From a virus, in the IMG/VR virus record IMGVR_UViG_3300045912_000261, positions 1 through 64,000 of that record: DNA of 64,000 nucleotides. One strand, given 5' to 3'. The notes under the pieces are model-generated. The model had not been told where the DNA came from and did no database searches. It saw nothing but the letters and a program-made list of their open reading frames with translations. Below are positions 45,738 through 55,044 of this stretch, piece by piece (the first letter of the stretch is position 1; the number at the start of each line of letters is the position of its first letter). The translations under genes were made by a program, and so were the position numbers.

Positions 45738-46130
45738 CTAGGGAACCGTGAGCGAGATGTCCCCCCTAACGACGATCTTCCCCCTGGCAAGGGTGTAAAC
45801 ATTGCCAGAGGAGTCGGTCATCTGGAGATCCCACGATAGAGGGGTGGTGTAGTACTCTCCTCTGGAGGTCGGGTTGCCGATCGGCATCGAGGCAGTGTCG
45901 GCCGGCAACAGCGTCAACCTAGCCTTCCCCTGGACAGCATCAGTCACGGTGATCCCCGAACCGATCGTCTTGCGGATCTCGGCGTCCGCGTCGGGGTCGA
46001 GCGGGTCAGTTTTGGCTGTGAACCGGAGCGACATACCTGTCAGATTCTGCGCCACCGTGCCTTTCTTGACCTCGATGTCGTACTCGTTGGTGTCGCCCCT
46101 AACCAGGGCTAGTGTAGTGCCCGTGCTCAT
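45738..46130 (-). CDS. BppU-like Ig-fold virion protein
   Basis: RGDT...NLTG....F..K...G.....L.P.DT...WDLQ......TL..G pattern. Confidence 0.55.
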   Translation of the reverse strand: MSTGTTLALVRGDTNEYDIEVKKGTVAQNLTGMSLRFTAKTDPLDPDADAEIRKTIGSGITVTDAVQGKARLTLLPADTASMPIGNPTSRGEYYTTPLSWDLQMTDSSGNVYTLARGKIVVRGDISLTVP

Positions 46131-46132
46131 GT

Positions 46133-48346
46133 TTACTCCTCCGCAGGGGTGACAGTTGCCTTAGGTCGCACCCTGGTAAGCGTGGCCTCCGGTCGAGCTA
46201 GGGGAACGATGGAGGCGCGGTACAGAACCGGTGTAATGGTGGCCGCTGGGGTGGCAGCAGCTAGGAGGACGGCGCGGGGGGCTGCAACCAACGTAAGGAT
46301 GGCCGATAGGCCGAAGAGGAGAGTGCCCCCGACCGAGCCATCTTCCAGCAGTGCAGCCAGGTCGCCGTCCTGGAGGGAAGCATTAACCAGGGCCTGGTAT
46401 GAGGCTGCGATGGTCTCCGCGGCTTGCCGAAACTCGTGGATTGCGAGGGAGGACCCTTCAGCGGCGGCAAAGAAGTCCTCGGCGAAGAAGGGAGCCGTGA
46501 CGACACCGGCATCGACGCCCAAGGAGGCGTCTGCCGCAGCCAGCACGGCTGTAGAGGAAGCCGCGTCGTCCTCATCAAAGCTGTCCTGCCCGCCCAAAGT
46601 GACAGCAACGGAAACGTTCTCCCCCAAGGAGCCTGTCTCCGCCCCGGCAACATCCTGAACAATGGAGAGGGTGCTCTGGTCGCTACTTGAAGCCGTCTCC
46701 GCTTCCGCCAGAGCAATGGAGGGGGTACCTTCGGTTGCGGTCCCTTGCTCTTGGATGGTAAAGGACGCCTCTATCGAGGCAGTCTCCGACAAGGTTGCTG
46801 AGTCGCTACCGCTCGGCGTCCCCGTATCCCCTAAGCTGCCCTCGTCGGCGCCGCTTAAGGTGTCCGACCCAGTTAGGGTACCTGAGATGCTCGGTGCCTC
46901 CGTCGCGGTGCTGACTTCGGCAGCTGAGGTACCCGTGTCGACGGACGTGTCCTGTCCGGTTGGGGTGTCCGCGGCATCCAATACTGCAACGGAGGTTGCC
47001 GTTTCGGTTCCTGAGGAAGTATCTCCGACACCTGCTAGAGCAATAGCCGGGGCCGGGGCCTCTGACGCAAGCAAGGTCTCGGCAGGAGGATCGACCACCA
47101 CGCCCATAGCGGAGGTGCCTTCGGCTCCCGAGATCGCCTCGGAACCTTGCATGAGGAAGGGGTCCACAGCCTCGCTGCCCGAGCCCGTCTCGCCACCGCT
47201 CAGGGTAACCGATACAGAGGCTGTCTCCGTAACCGTAGCCGACTCGCTTGCGTTCTTCGTAACCTGGTCTTCAAGGGAGCCGTTGTCGGTTGCTGCCCCG
47301 GAGTCACTGCTGGACGCAGTCACGGACAAGGTAACGGTTCCCTCAGCAGCAGTACCTGTGTCCCCAGCGGTTTGAGCCAACCCCGCGTTCAGGTCCTCTG
47401 CTGCCGAAGCCTCCGTAGAGGAGAGGCTGGCGGCTATGCTCGGGGCCTCCGTTGAGCTTCCGCTCTCGCCGTCCCCCAGCTCGATCCCTGCTACAGCTTC
47501 ACTGCCGGTTGCCGTGTCTCCGTTGGAGGCGGTGGCTGCTAGGGACGCCTGCTCTGTAGCTGAGCCTGAGTCGGAGCCGCTGACTGCGACCTGCTCGGTG
47601 ACTGATCCCTGATCGGCACCTGCAGCCGTGTCCGAAGCTCCTAGAGCAATGTCGGCAGCTGTATCGGTTAGGGAAGCTGCCTCAGAAGCGGCCGCAGCAG
47701 CAGTTAGTGCAGACGCCGCATCCGCCGCGGTAGCGGTATCCGTCCCAGAGAGGCCTGTAGCTGAGGTCTCGCTTCCGGTTGCTGTTTCTGTCCCGTCTAG
47801 GGCAGCAGCGAGAGCCGCGGTCTCTGAGCCTGCAGCCCCTTCAGTTGCCGAAGTGGCAATTCCCGCGTTGGCATCCGTTCCTGTTCCAGACTCGGTGGCT
47901 GAGGTGCTGGCACTTAGCGTTTGCAGAGCGTCGGAGGCAGTAGCCGAGTCCGCATTGCTTAGGGCTATTGCAGTGGCCTCAGCTACGGTAGCCGAGTCCG
48001 AGGCCGTACTGGTAGCCTCGGAGGATGCTGTTTCAGCAGCAGCTGCGGTCTCTGAGCCGGACGTAGTCGCCGCGATGGAGGTAGTAACGTCAGCACCAGT
48101 AGCGGTGTCGGCGTTACCGAGGGACACAGCAGTTGTCCCCTCGGCTTCTGTACCGACGTCAGTCCCCGTCAGGCTAGCTGTCAGGGTGCTTAGTGCATCA
48201 GCGCCCGAGGCAGTTTCAGCCCCCGAGATAGTAGCGCTTAGGGTACTGGTGGCGTCTGCTGCCGACGCACTGTCAGAGGCCTCTACATTCTGAGACCCTG
48301 CGGCACTAGGTAGCCGGAGGAGTAGCGTCCGGCGAGAGCGGGCCAT
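46133..48346 (-). CDS. repetitive Ala/Ser/Thr/acidic tail-fibre-like virion protein
   Basis: many imperfect S(D/E)TA...(D/E) repeats; in tail module. Confidence 0.55.
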   Translation of the reverse strand: MARSRRTLLLRLPSAAGSQNVEASDSASAADATSTLSATISGAETASGADALSTLTASLTGTDVGTEAEGTTAVSLGNADTATGADVTTSIAATTSGSETAAAAETASSEATSTASDSATVAEATAIALSNADSATASDALQTLSASTSATESGTGTDANAGIATSATEGAAGSETAALAAALDGTETATGSETSATGLSGTDTATAADAASALTAAAAASEAASLTDTAADIALGASDTAAGADQGSVTEQVAVSGSDSGSATEQASLAATASNGDTATGSEAVAGIELGDGESGSSTEAPSIAASLSSTEASAAEDLNAGLAQTAGDTGTAAEGTVTLSVTASSSDSGAATDNGSLEDQVTKNASESATVTETASVSVTLSGGETGSGSEAVDPFLMQGSEAISGAEGTSAMGVVVDPPAETLLASEAPAPAIALAGVGDTSSGTETATSVAVLDAADTPTGQDTSVDTGTSAAEVSTATEAPSISGTLTGSDTLSGADEGSLGDTGTPSGSDSATLSETASIEASFTIQEQGTATEGTPSIALAEAETASSSDQSTLSIVQDVAGAETGSLGENVSVAVTLGGQDSFDEDDAASSTAVLAAADASLGVDAGVVTAPFFAEDFFAAAEGSSLAIHEFRQAAETIAASYQALVNASLQDGDLAALLEDGSVGGTLLFGLSAILTLVAAPRAVLLAAATPAATITPVLYRASIVPLARPEATLTRVRPKATVTPAEE

Positions 48347-48886
48347 CTACAGGCTCGAGTCCAGAGTGAAGCCTGCTAGAGGAACAGCAGTGCCTGTGAA
48401 GGCAGCTGGGGTCATTGCATTCGGCAGAACCGTCGAACCCAGAGCTTCCTGTAGCAGCCCGCAGGCTCGAGCAGCCGCGGCCGTCCAGGTGCCTCCAATT
48501 GACTGCATCATTCCTGTTGTGCCAGAACAGACCTGGCCCAGATAGTACCCACCGGGAGGGAGCAAGTAGTCCACAGAGACATACTGCAGGTTAGTCGTAC
48601 CCACCCGTGCAGTTGTGCCCGTTGAGATAATCAGCGTCCCCCTTCGGGAGTAGATCCCGATGTCCATGTTGCTGCCCGAAGTACCCCCGTTCCCCCAAAA
48701 GAGGCGCCTGATCGGGTACCACCAAGAGTTGAAGAAGGGGTGGTAGATTGCCAGGTTCGCTGAAGGCCACGCAGCAGCTGCCGCCCCCGATGGGCTTACA
48801 CCAACTGCACGGGCACCAGCTGCCCCGAAGAAGTCCATACATGAGGACACTTGGATCGGTGGCACATGGTAAGTTGCCCGAGCCAC
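48347..48886 (-). CDS. virion structural protein, paralogue of next gene
   Basis: AWPSAN...NG.T...N.DIG.Y...STG shared with 48886-49428. Confidence 0.55.
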   Translation of the reverse strand: MARATYHVPPIQVSSCMDFFGAAGARAVGVSPSGAAAAAWPSANLAIYHPFFNSWWYPIRRLFWGNGGTSGSNMDIGIYSRRGTLIISTGTTARVGTTNLQYVSVDYLLPPGGYYLGQVCSGTTGMMQSIGGTWTAAAARACGLLQEALGSTVLPNAMTPAAFTGTAVPLAGFTLDSSL

Positions 48887-49428
48887 TATACGACTCCGAT
48901 CATCGTGAAGCCGAACACGGGCCAGTATGAGGACGTTATAGCACTGGGTGTAAAGCTAGAAGGCAGGGGGAGCGCTGAAGCCTGTGCACGGACGCCAGCA
49001 GAATCCATACCAATAGAAGAGGTGGTCAGCCGGAAGTAAGTGCCCGTCGTGTCAGAGTGTGCGAGGGCAATGAAGTAGAGCCCCGCCGGGTATTCTGTGT
49101 CGGTGACGTTATGGGTCTGAATGGTCGATGTGCCCGACTGGGCAACGCTCCCCGTGGACAGAAGCAGGTTGCGCTGCTTGTCATAGAGCCCGATGTCCCG
49201 GTTCCCTGACGCCGTTCCCCCGTTGTAGGACCAGAAGTCCGTGACCACGAAGTCCGTCTCCAGCACCACGGGGAAGAACCGAGCCTGGTTCGCAGACGGC
49301 CACGCGCCTGAGGCACCAGACTGGCCACAGACGCGTGACATATTCCCGACCATAGAGTGCTCAGAGAGCGTCGAGACTGCGCCCGAGGCAGGAAGGGAAA
49401 CCTCCTTAACAGGCCAGATCGGGCTCAT
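48886..49428 (-). CDS. virion structural protein
   Basis: paralogue of 48347-48886. Confidence 0.55.
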   Translation of the reverse strand: MSPIWPVKEVSLPASGAVSTLSEHSMVGNMSRVCGQSGASGAWPSANQARFFPVVLETDFVVTDFWSYNGGTASGNRDIGLYDKQRNLLLSTGSVAQSGTSTIQTHNVTDTEYPAGLYFIALAHSDTTGTYFRLTTSSIGMDSAGVRAQASALPLPSSFTPSAITSSYWPVFGFTMIGVV

Positions 49429-49772
49429 GCGTGCTTCAGTACCTTCCAGGGAATCGAGCGGCCAGTGCCCCTAACCTGCTTGATCGAGAAGCGCAGGGAA
49501 TTGGTATCCGTGAGCTCGTTAGAGAGAGGCTCGGACGGCCACGTCTTTGTGTCAGCCGGCTGCGCATCTGCAACTATCTGGAACAGGGCTACCCTCTCGG
49601 TGCCTCCCGTGAGGGTCATCTGGTAGCCTCTGATCTCCAGGAGGTCGCCGTTCGCCAGGGCGTTGAGGTCGAGGACCAGTTCGAATACTCCGGCGACGTT
49701 CGGCGAGGACAGGAAGTGCTCCGTACCGATCGTACAGGACTGGGTGCCCGAAGCGTATGCGGTAACAGCCAT
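49425..49772 (-). CDS. virion structural protein, hypothetical
   Basis: tiles tail operon. Confidence 0.5.
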   Translation of the reverse strand: MAVTAYASGTQSCTIGTEHFLSSPNVAGVFELVLDLNALANGDLLEIRGYQMTLTGGTERVALFQIVADAQPADTKTWPSEPLSNELTDTNSLRFSIKQVRGTGRSIPWKVLKHA

Positions 49773-51496
49773 TACGGACTCACATTCCTTACGACCCTTG
49801 CCCTAAGGGTTCCTGAACCCAGATCCACTGTGCCCCCGGTCCGGTTCATGATCGTAACCCTGACCGTGTCTGCGGCGGAGACGAATCCGTGTAGAATCCA
49901 GGAGCCACCGTTAGTTTCCACCGACGAGTGGTTTACTTCCACGAAGTCCCCCACAGCGGCTCCCGTTGCCGTCAGAGTTGTTGAGGCCGACGCCCCATCA
50001 GCCAGCGATGGGGGGTCGTACGTAGCCGTGGCGACGATCACGTCGGGGGTAAACAGCGTGGTGTCGACTGTTGTCGAACCCAGGAGGTTGCGGTAAGCCC
50101 TGTTGGAGGATGCTGTCGTAGTATGCCCTGCTGCCTTGTTGGCAAACGTCGTAACAGTGCCCACGAAGCGGTTGTCTGCGAACAGAATGCCCGAGCTTGA
50201 GCCCGTTGCTCCAGAGCCCTCGGCAAAGCGTAGGACGACGTTTGCAGTGTCGAAGGTATTCCGACGGAACCAGATACGGTGGCCCTTCTCCAGCTTGATC
50301 ACACGGGTGTCACCGTGGCCAACATCGGTGAATACGTTGTCGTCGATCTCCACGTCCCGGGCGGACTGGCTTGCTGCGAAGCCGATAGAGACGCCATTCC
50401 ACCAGTAGTCGAAGACGTTGCCTACGATCTTGACGCCCCGTACGCCCTGGATCTGGAAGGGGTTATTGCCCAAGTAGCTCGCGTCGTCACGGCCTCCGTT
50501 GCAGTAGTTGTTGGCGAAGATGATGTCGTTGTGGACGGTAGAGTCAGTCGGGTCTTGTACGTGAGAGAAGAAGGCCGCACACCTTACGCTGTTGAAGACG
50601 TTGTGGGCAACTACGACCCCTTGGGTCTTAGTTGTTAGGTCCGCCTGCGTGGGGATAATGTGGTACGCAACAGCTCCAGCGGTGCCGCGGCACTTCTCGA
50701 AGTAGTTACCCACGATGCGGATGTTGCGAATGACGGCGAAGGTTGAACCTGAGTTGGGCTCGATGTCGATTGTCCCAGGCATGTCCGTGCGCGTGCTGTT
50801 GAGGAAGGTGCATCCCTGGATTAGAACGTCCCGACCATCAATGATTGTGATGGCGTTCCTGTTGTCTTGGTTGATCCCGTCGAAGCGGCAGCCGACGATC
50901 TTGATGTACCTGTTGTGTCTCTCCACTCCGGCAGAGTGCGAAGAGGCAAGGTACAAACCGTCAGCACGGTACCCTCGGAAGTAGACATTCTGGATCAGTA
51001 CGTCGTCCACTGCTGAGAGCGACATTAGGTGGACGTTTTGTCCCGTGGCAAACCCATCAACGTCTACGGTCCCACGGAGCTGGAGATCCCTGAAGACCAG
51101 GTTTCGCCGGTTGGTTGCAGGGTCAGCAGTTCCTCCGGTGCCTGGGTTGACCTTAATCAGGTACAGAGGGGCTGTGCCCGTACGCTGCTTGATGATGGAG
51201 CCCCAGCCCTCTCCCCGGAGAGTGACGCTGTCAGCAGCTACCTCAAGGTCTGAACAGGAGTAAGTACCGCGGGGGAAGAACACGGTACCACCGGCAACTT
51301 CGGCTGCGTCAATGGCTGCCTGCACCGCAGTGGTGTCGTTCGTTGTTCCGTCCCCCGTGGCACCGTAATCCTTCACATTGAAGACCTGGGCTACGGCTAG
51401 TGAATAGACGTGCTCTCCAAAGTCCTCCAGGTTTACGGCCGAGAGGGGTGTTGCTGTTGAGGGGCTATTCTGCCACCCATAGTTGGTCCAAGGCAC
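49772..51496 (-). CDS. tailspike/depolymerase, pectate-lyase-3-type beta-helix
   Basis: FNVKDYGATGDGTTNDTTAVQAAIDAA..AGGTVFFPRGTY; parallel beta-helix repeats. Confidence 0.8.
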   Translation of the reverse strand: MPWTNYGWQNSPSTATPLSAVNLEDFGEHVYSLAVAQVFNVKDYGATGDGTTNDTTAVQAAIDAAEVAGGTVFFPRGTYSCSDLEVAADSVTLRGEGWGSIIKQRTGTAPLYLIKVNPGTGGTADPATNRRNLVFRDLQLRGTVDVDGFATGQNVHLMSLSAVDDVLIQNVYFRGYRADGLYLASSHSAGVERHNRYIKIVGCRFDGINQDNRNAITIIDGRDVLIQGCTFLNSTRTDMPGTIDIEPNSGSTFAVIRNIRIVGNYFEKCRGTAGAVAYHIIPTQADLTTKTQGVVVAHNVFNSVRCAAFFSHVQDPTDSTVHNDIIFANNYCNGGRDDASYLGNNPFQIQGVRGVKIVGNVFDYWWNGVSIGFAASQSARDVEIDDNVFTDVGHGDTRVIKLEKGHRIWFRRNTFDTANVVLRFAEGSGATGSSSGILFADNRFVGTVTTFANKAAGHTTTASSNRAYRNLLGSTTVDTTLFTPDVIVATATYDPPSLADGASASTTLTATGAAVGDFVEVNHSSVETNGGSWILHGFVSAADTVRVTIMNRTGGTVDLGSGTLRARVVRNVSP

Positions 51497-53031
51497 TAGA
51501 CCTCCTCAGCACCTTCCAGCAGAGCGCCAACCTCTGCGATCAGGATGTCCGCGTTTGTGGAGATGTCGCCAACCGCGTCACGAAGGTTCGCAGCCCTCTC
51601 CGGGGCGCCCTGCCCCTCGATCCAGCCGGCGTACTCCGGGCCCTGAACCGTGCCCACACGGCCTCGCCACTGCGTTGCACGATGCATCACTCGGGACATG
51701 ATGGCTTCCTTCAGCTCCCGGGAGATCACGGGCTTCGGAGGCGGCGGAGGAGCGTTCTCGATCATGAAGGACGCCGTCTTCGTGGTCGAGTTACCCTTGG
51801 TGTCCGTTGCCGTTACCTCTAGCGTGTATCTTCCGTTGGGGATTTGCGTGGAGTCGAAGGTTCCCTCGTACGGGCTGGCCGTGTCGTCGAAGGTAAGGTC
51901 GGCCCCATCGCCAAAGAGACGGAAGCTTACCTTGGCAACCCCTGAAGGGTCAGCTGCCGTTGCAGCGTACCTAACCTCCCCGGAGAGCGGGCTCTCGGTA
52001 GGTGCCGTGATCATCAGGTCCGGGCCCGTAGTGTCGGGCGGCGGAGGGGGCGGAGGTGGCGTGATGCCCGGACGCAGCTGCGTGGGACCGAGATCCTTAC
52101 ACGGAGAGGTATCCTTGAGGCGATAGTCCCCGTTTGAGGGGTCCATGTACTGCGGATCGACGTTACGGATGCCTTCCGTGGAGTAGCCGGTGCCCTTCAG
52201 GCGGCCTCCTACCATTCCGGAAGCGTTCCAGACGTTAGTGTTGATGACCTTGTTACCGGTACCTGGGGTGCATCCCCACCACGACTCGACCAGGGCGCGA
52301 GAGCTCTTCCTGGAGTTAGTGAAGATTGAATCCACCACAACCGAGTCAGAGCTGTTCTGGCAGCCCGAGAACCCTGTGGTAGAGTCAGTTGCTCCTGAGA
52401 AGGTGATCCCTCCGTTGACTCTGTCAATGGTGTTGCGGCGCATAATGATGCCGTCGCCGTCAGGGTAAAGGTGGAAGGCCCAACCGTCGGTCAGGTCGTA
52501 GAACAGGCAGTCCTCGACGATACCTGACGCAGTCGACTTCAGGTAGAGTGGGTGATCGTGGTCAGCCCGGGCAGGGTCCCCAATCTTGGTGAACCGGCAC
52601 CGTGAGAAACGGAAGTTCCGGCACTTGATCGAGGCCTGACCCAGTGTTGTGTGGATCCGGCCGGGGAACCCGTTCGTGCGGTTGGTGAGGAGGCAGTCCT
52701 CCATCGTGAAGTCGTGGCACATCACTAGCATCGTGCCCGATGCCTGCGTGCTCACTCCCCCGTCGAGCCAGAAGCCTCGCATTACGATACCCGCGGCTCC
52801 GGATCCTACCGAGAAACGTCCCAGCACCTTGACTGGAAGCCCCATATGGGCCTCTTTCCTGAGTGCCATTCCCTCAGTCCAGCCTTCAGCTTGGATGACG
52901 ACCCTCTTGTTCAGGCTGAAGAAGCCTGATCCGAGGGAGTGGGTCCCAGCCTTCAACAGAAGAGTGTCTCCTGCGGAGGCTGCAGAGTACTTCGATGAAA
53001 ATTGTCCCGGCGCTACTTCTAGTGTGGCCAT
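51496..53031 (-). CDS. beta-helix plus Ig-like (Big) domain receptor-binding/depolymerase protein
   Basis: ATG 53031 after GGAGGAG; GDTLLL..G.H, DP.Y......DYRL...SP, poly-Pro linker, DTT.P...YTLEVTATD..GN. Confidence 0.7.
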   Translation of the reverse strand: MATLEVAPGQFSSKYSAASAGDTLLLKAGTHSLGSGFFSLNKRVVIQAEGWTEGMALRKEAHMGLPVKVLGRFSVGSGAAGIVMRGFWLDGGVSTQASGTMLVMCHDFTMEDCLLTNRTNGFPGRIHTTLGQASIKCRNFRFSRCRFTKIGDPARADHDHPLYLKSTASGIVEDCLFYDLTDGWAFHLYPDGDGIIMRRNTIDRVNGGITFSGATDSTTGFSGCQNSSDSVVVDSIFTNSRKSSRALVESWWGCTPGTGNKVINTNVWNASGMVGGRLKGTGYSTEGIRNVDPQYMDPSNGDYRLKDTSPCKDLGPTQLRPGITPPPPPPPPDTTGPDLMITAPTESPLSGEVRYAATAADPSGVAKVSFRLFGDGADLTFDDTASPYEGTFDSTQIPNGRYTLEVTATDTKGNSTTKTASFMIENAPPPPPKPVISRELKEAIMSRVMHRATQWRGRVGTVQGPEYAGWIEGQGAPERAANLRDAVGDISTNADILIAEVGALLEGAEEV

Positions 53032-53070
53032 CTCTCCTCCAGTGGGGTAGGCCTTATCGCTAGGATAGGT

Positions 53071-53095
53071 AGTAGAACTAGGTGCCCGAGTTGAC
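53071..53095 (+). repeat. GGTGCC(C)G dispersed repeat, 1 unit, + orientation inside the minus-strand module
   Basis: AGTAGAACTAGGTGCCCGAGTTGAC. Confidence 0.8.
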
Positions 53096-53118
53096 GCGAC
53101 GAGCACCTAGCCCACCCC

Positions 53119-53688
53119 TTACGACAGCGTGATCGTGACCGTGAAGGTCCAGGTCGCAGCTGAAGTTTTCGTCCCCAGGGACTCAACCTTGCGGTTCAGC
53201 ATCCGCCCGCCAGTTGAGGCATTGAACACGCCCCACTCCTGCCAAGCGAAGTTGGCGTCACCTGTGCCGAAGACACTCCGGAAGGTAATCGTCGCCGACC
53301 CGGAGGTGGTCCCATCCGTGTGCGTGGGGTACGTCGCCTCCATCGCCTTACGGACCTTGTTGGACGCTGCCTGCAGGTCCGTCTGGGTGGCTGCCGCCGC
53401 GGTCGTGGAGTCACCAACCCCGATGTGCGCGTTGGCGTTGTTGAAGTACGTCAGAGTCTGGCCACCGGTGGTGGTACCGTTCCCGATGAGGCTCTGCCAA
53501 ATGTTGGAAGAGCCCCCGTAGACGAGGAGGTTCCCCTCGCGCTCGAGAACTTCGTACGGCTGTACCTCTCCTCGACGGATCTCCTCTTCGGTGACCTCGC
53601 CGTGGAACTTCTCCACCTTCCAGTGACACTGCCAGAGACCCCTCTCCTGGACAGGAGCGATCTCCATGTCATGCCTCCTTTTCATCAA
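53119..53688 (-). CDS. virion/tail structural protein
   Basis: IGVGD.TTAA.ATQTDL, ANFAW.E.G.FNA..GG.MLNR pattern seen in tail-associated proteins. Confidence 0.6.
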   Translation of the reverse strand: MMKRRHDMEIAPVQERGLWQCHWKVEKFHGEVTEEEIRRGEVQPYEVLEREGNLLVYGGSSNIWQSLIGNGTTTGGQTLTYFNNANAHIGVGDSTTAAAATQTDLQAASNKVRKAMEATYPTHTDGTTSGSATITFRSVFGTGDANFAWQEWGVFNASTGGRMLNRKVESLGTKTSAATWTFTVTITLS

Positions 53689-53896
53689 TTACCCCGCCCG
53701 AGTCACCGGAGGTGATGTGGACGTGCTCGAAATCCTGCAGAGCCCCTGCCTTCTTGAGCGCCCGAAGGTCGCTCTGAGAGAAGTCCTCTGCAGTAACTGG
53801 GGTTCCAGTCTCGAAGCGCCTCCCATCGGAGGTCTCGATAGTGGCCACGACGAGCAGGTTCTTGGGTGCTTTAGCTGCTTTATCCTTTTGTGCCAT
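53669..53896 (-). CDS. hypothetical protein
   Basis: tiles operon. Confidence 0.5.
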   Translation of the reverse strand: MAQKDKAAKAPKNLLVVATIETSDGRRFETGTPVTAEDFSQSDLRALKKAGALQDFEHVHITSGDSGGVIDEKEA

Positions 53897-54690
53897 TACG
53901 ACTCCGGCAGGTAGGACTTAGTACCGCGGAAGTCGCTACGGTACCTAAGGGGTAGAACTCTCACCGGGTTGGAGCCGAAGCTCACCACGTGCGTTCCGGA
54001 GACTGTGTACCCAAGGAGAGCACTAGCCTTCTGCGCCGAGATCACAACGGCCATATGCGAAGGCCCCCCACGGTTGATGGAACGCGAGTCGTACCCGTAG
54101 AAAGCCAGGTCTCCCGGCTGCGGGTTGTCAGTTGTGAACTTACCCCGAGGCCAAATGGTACCGGTGAACCCGTACCCGTTGTACCCGAACCCGTTAGGAT
54201 CGGGTGCCCCGGCCTCATGATAGATCACGGTTGAAGATGATGAACAGTCGTAGTACCCCCTCGGGCGGGAGAAGGGCCGCAGCAGGTACGGCCGCAACCA
54301 AGAGTACTGGAAGCGCCAGCGCTCGAGGTAGAACCGACCTGCTGCGTCCTCGATCTTCCGCCCCAGGGACGACTCCTCTGCCTTCTTGCGCGCGATGGCC
54401 TTCGCCCGCTGCCGCGCGTACATTCGAGCAAGGAGGATCCTGTCGTAGCGACCTAGGAATGGCTCGAGCTTTGCCCAAGCCTCCTGCCCAAACGTCAGCC
54501 CGATAACGGGGCGAATCCCGTAGGCGTGCTTGAAGCGGTTGACGTCCTCGATGGTCTTTACACCGTACCCACCCTGCCTGTTGTTCTTGTGGGGAAGCCC
54601 CTTGGCGTGGAGCGCACGGTGGAGACCATTCTGCATCGCCCTAACCGCGAGGTTGCGGGCACCTGCTCTTAGATTGGGGCGGTATGCCAT
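53896..54690 (-). CDS. endolysin: peptidoglycan-binding domain plus NlpC/P60 peptidase
   Basis: YDCSS, PGDLAFYG, H motif; N-terminal PG-binding-like helices; next to holin-like gene. Confidence 0.75.
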   Translation of the reverse strand: MAYRPNLRAGARNLAVRAMQNGLHRALHAKGLPHKNNRQGGYGVKTIEDVNRFKHAYGIRPVIGLTFGQEAWAKLEPFLGRYDRILLARMYARQRAKAIARKKAEESSLGRKIEDAAGRFYLERWRFQYSWLRPYLLRPFSRPRGYYDCSSSSTVIYHEAGAPDPNGFGYNGYGFTGTIWPRGKFTTDNPQPGDLAFYGYDSRSINRGGPSHMAVVISAQKASALLGYTVSGTHVVSFGSNPVRVLPLRYRSDFRGTKSYLPES

Positions 54691-54708
54691 CGGTGCTCCG
54701 TTTCCCTA

Positions 54709-55023
54709 TCAGTCAGACGGGAGGATGGGCTGATCGCCCTGATCCCCATGGTCCCCTGGGTCCGAAGGGGGAACCGGGTTAGGCTGTCCCGTGCCACCGT
54801 CACGCCACGCGGCGTAGATGCCGAGAGCGGCCTGGAGCATCCGACCGAAGACGGTCAGCGCACCGATGACCAGAGTAACGGTAACCCAGGTTGATGACGG
54901 AACCCCAAGGGGCTCAGTTGCTCCTGCCAGCTCGCCAATCCAGACGGGGGCGGCTGCCAGGAAGGTCAAGGCTAGGCCGACGTAAGTCGCCAGACCCTTG
55001 CTTGGACTATCCGGAGTAGTCAT
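54709..55023 (-). CDS. holin-like membrane protein
   Basis: two transmembrane segments directly upstream of endolysin. Confidence 0.6.
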   Translation of the reverse strand: MTTPDSPSKGLATYVGLALTFLAAAPVWIGELAGATEPLGVPSSTWVTVTLVIGALTVFGRMLQAALGIYAAWRDGGTGQPNPVPPSDPGDHGDQGDQPILPSD

Positions 55024-55044
55024 TCCTCCTCCTCCTCTCAGTGG

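Noticed and set aside
46149-48293. Long plus-strand ORFs opposite the tail genes (and minus-strand ORFs opposite early genes)
   Set aside because: Antisense shadows of GC-rich, repetitive coding sequence with no motifs.
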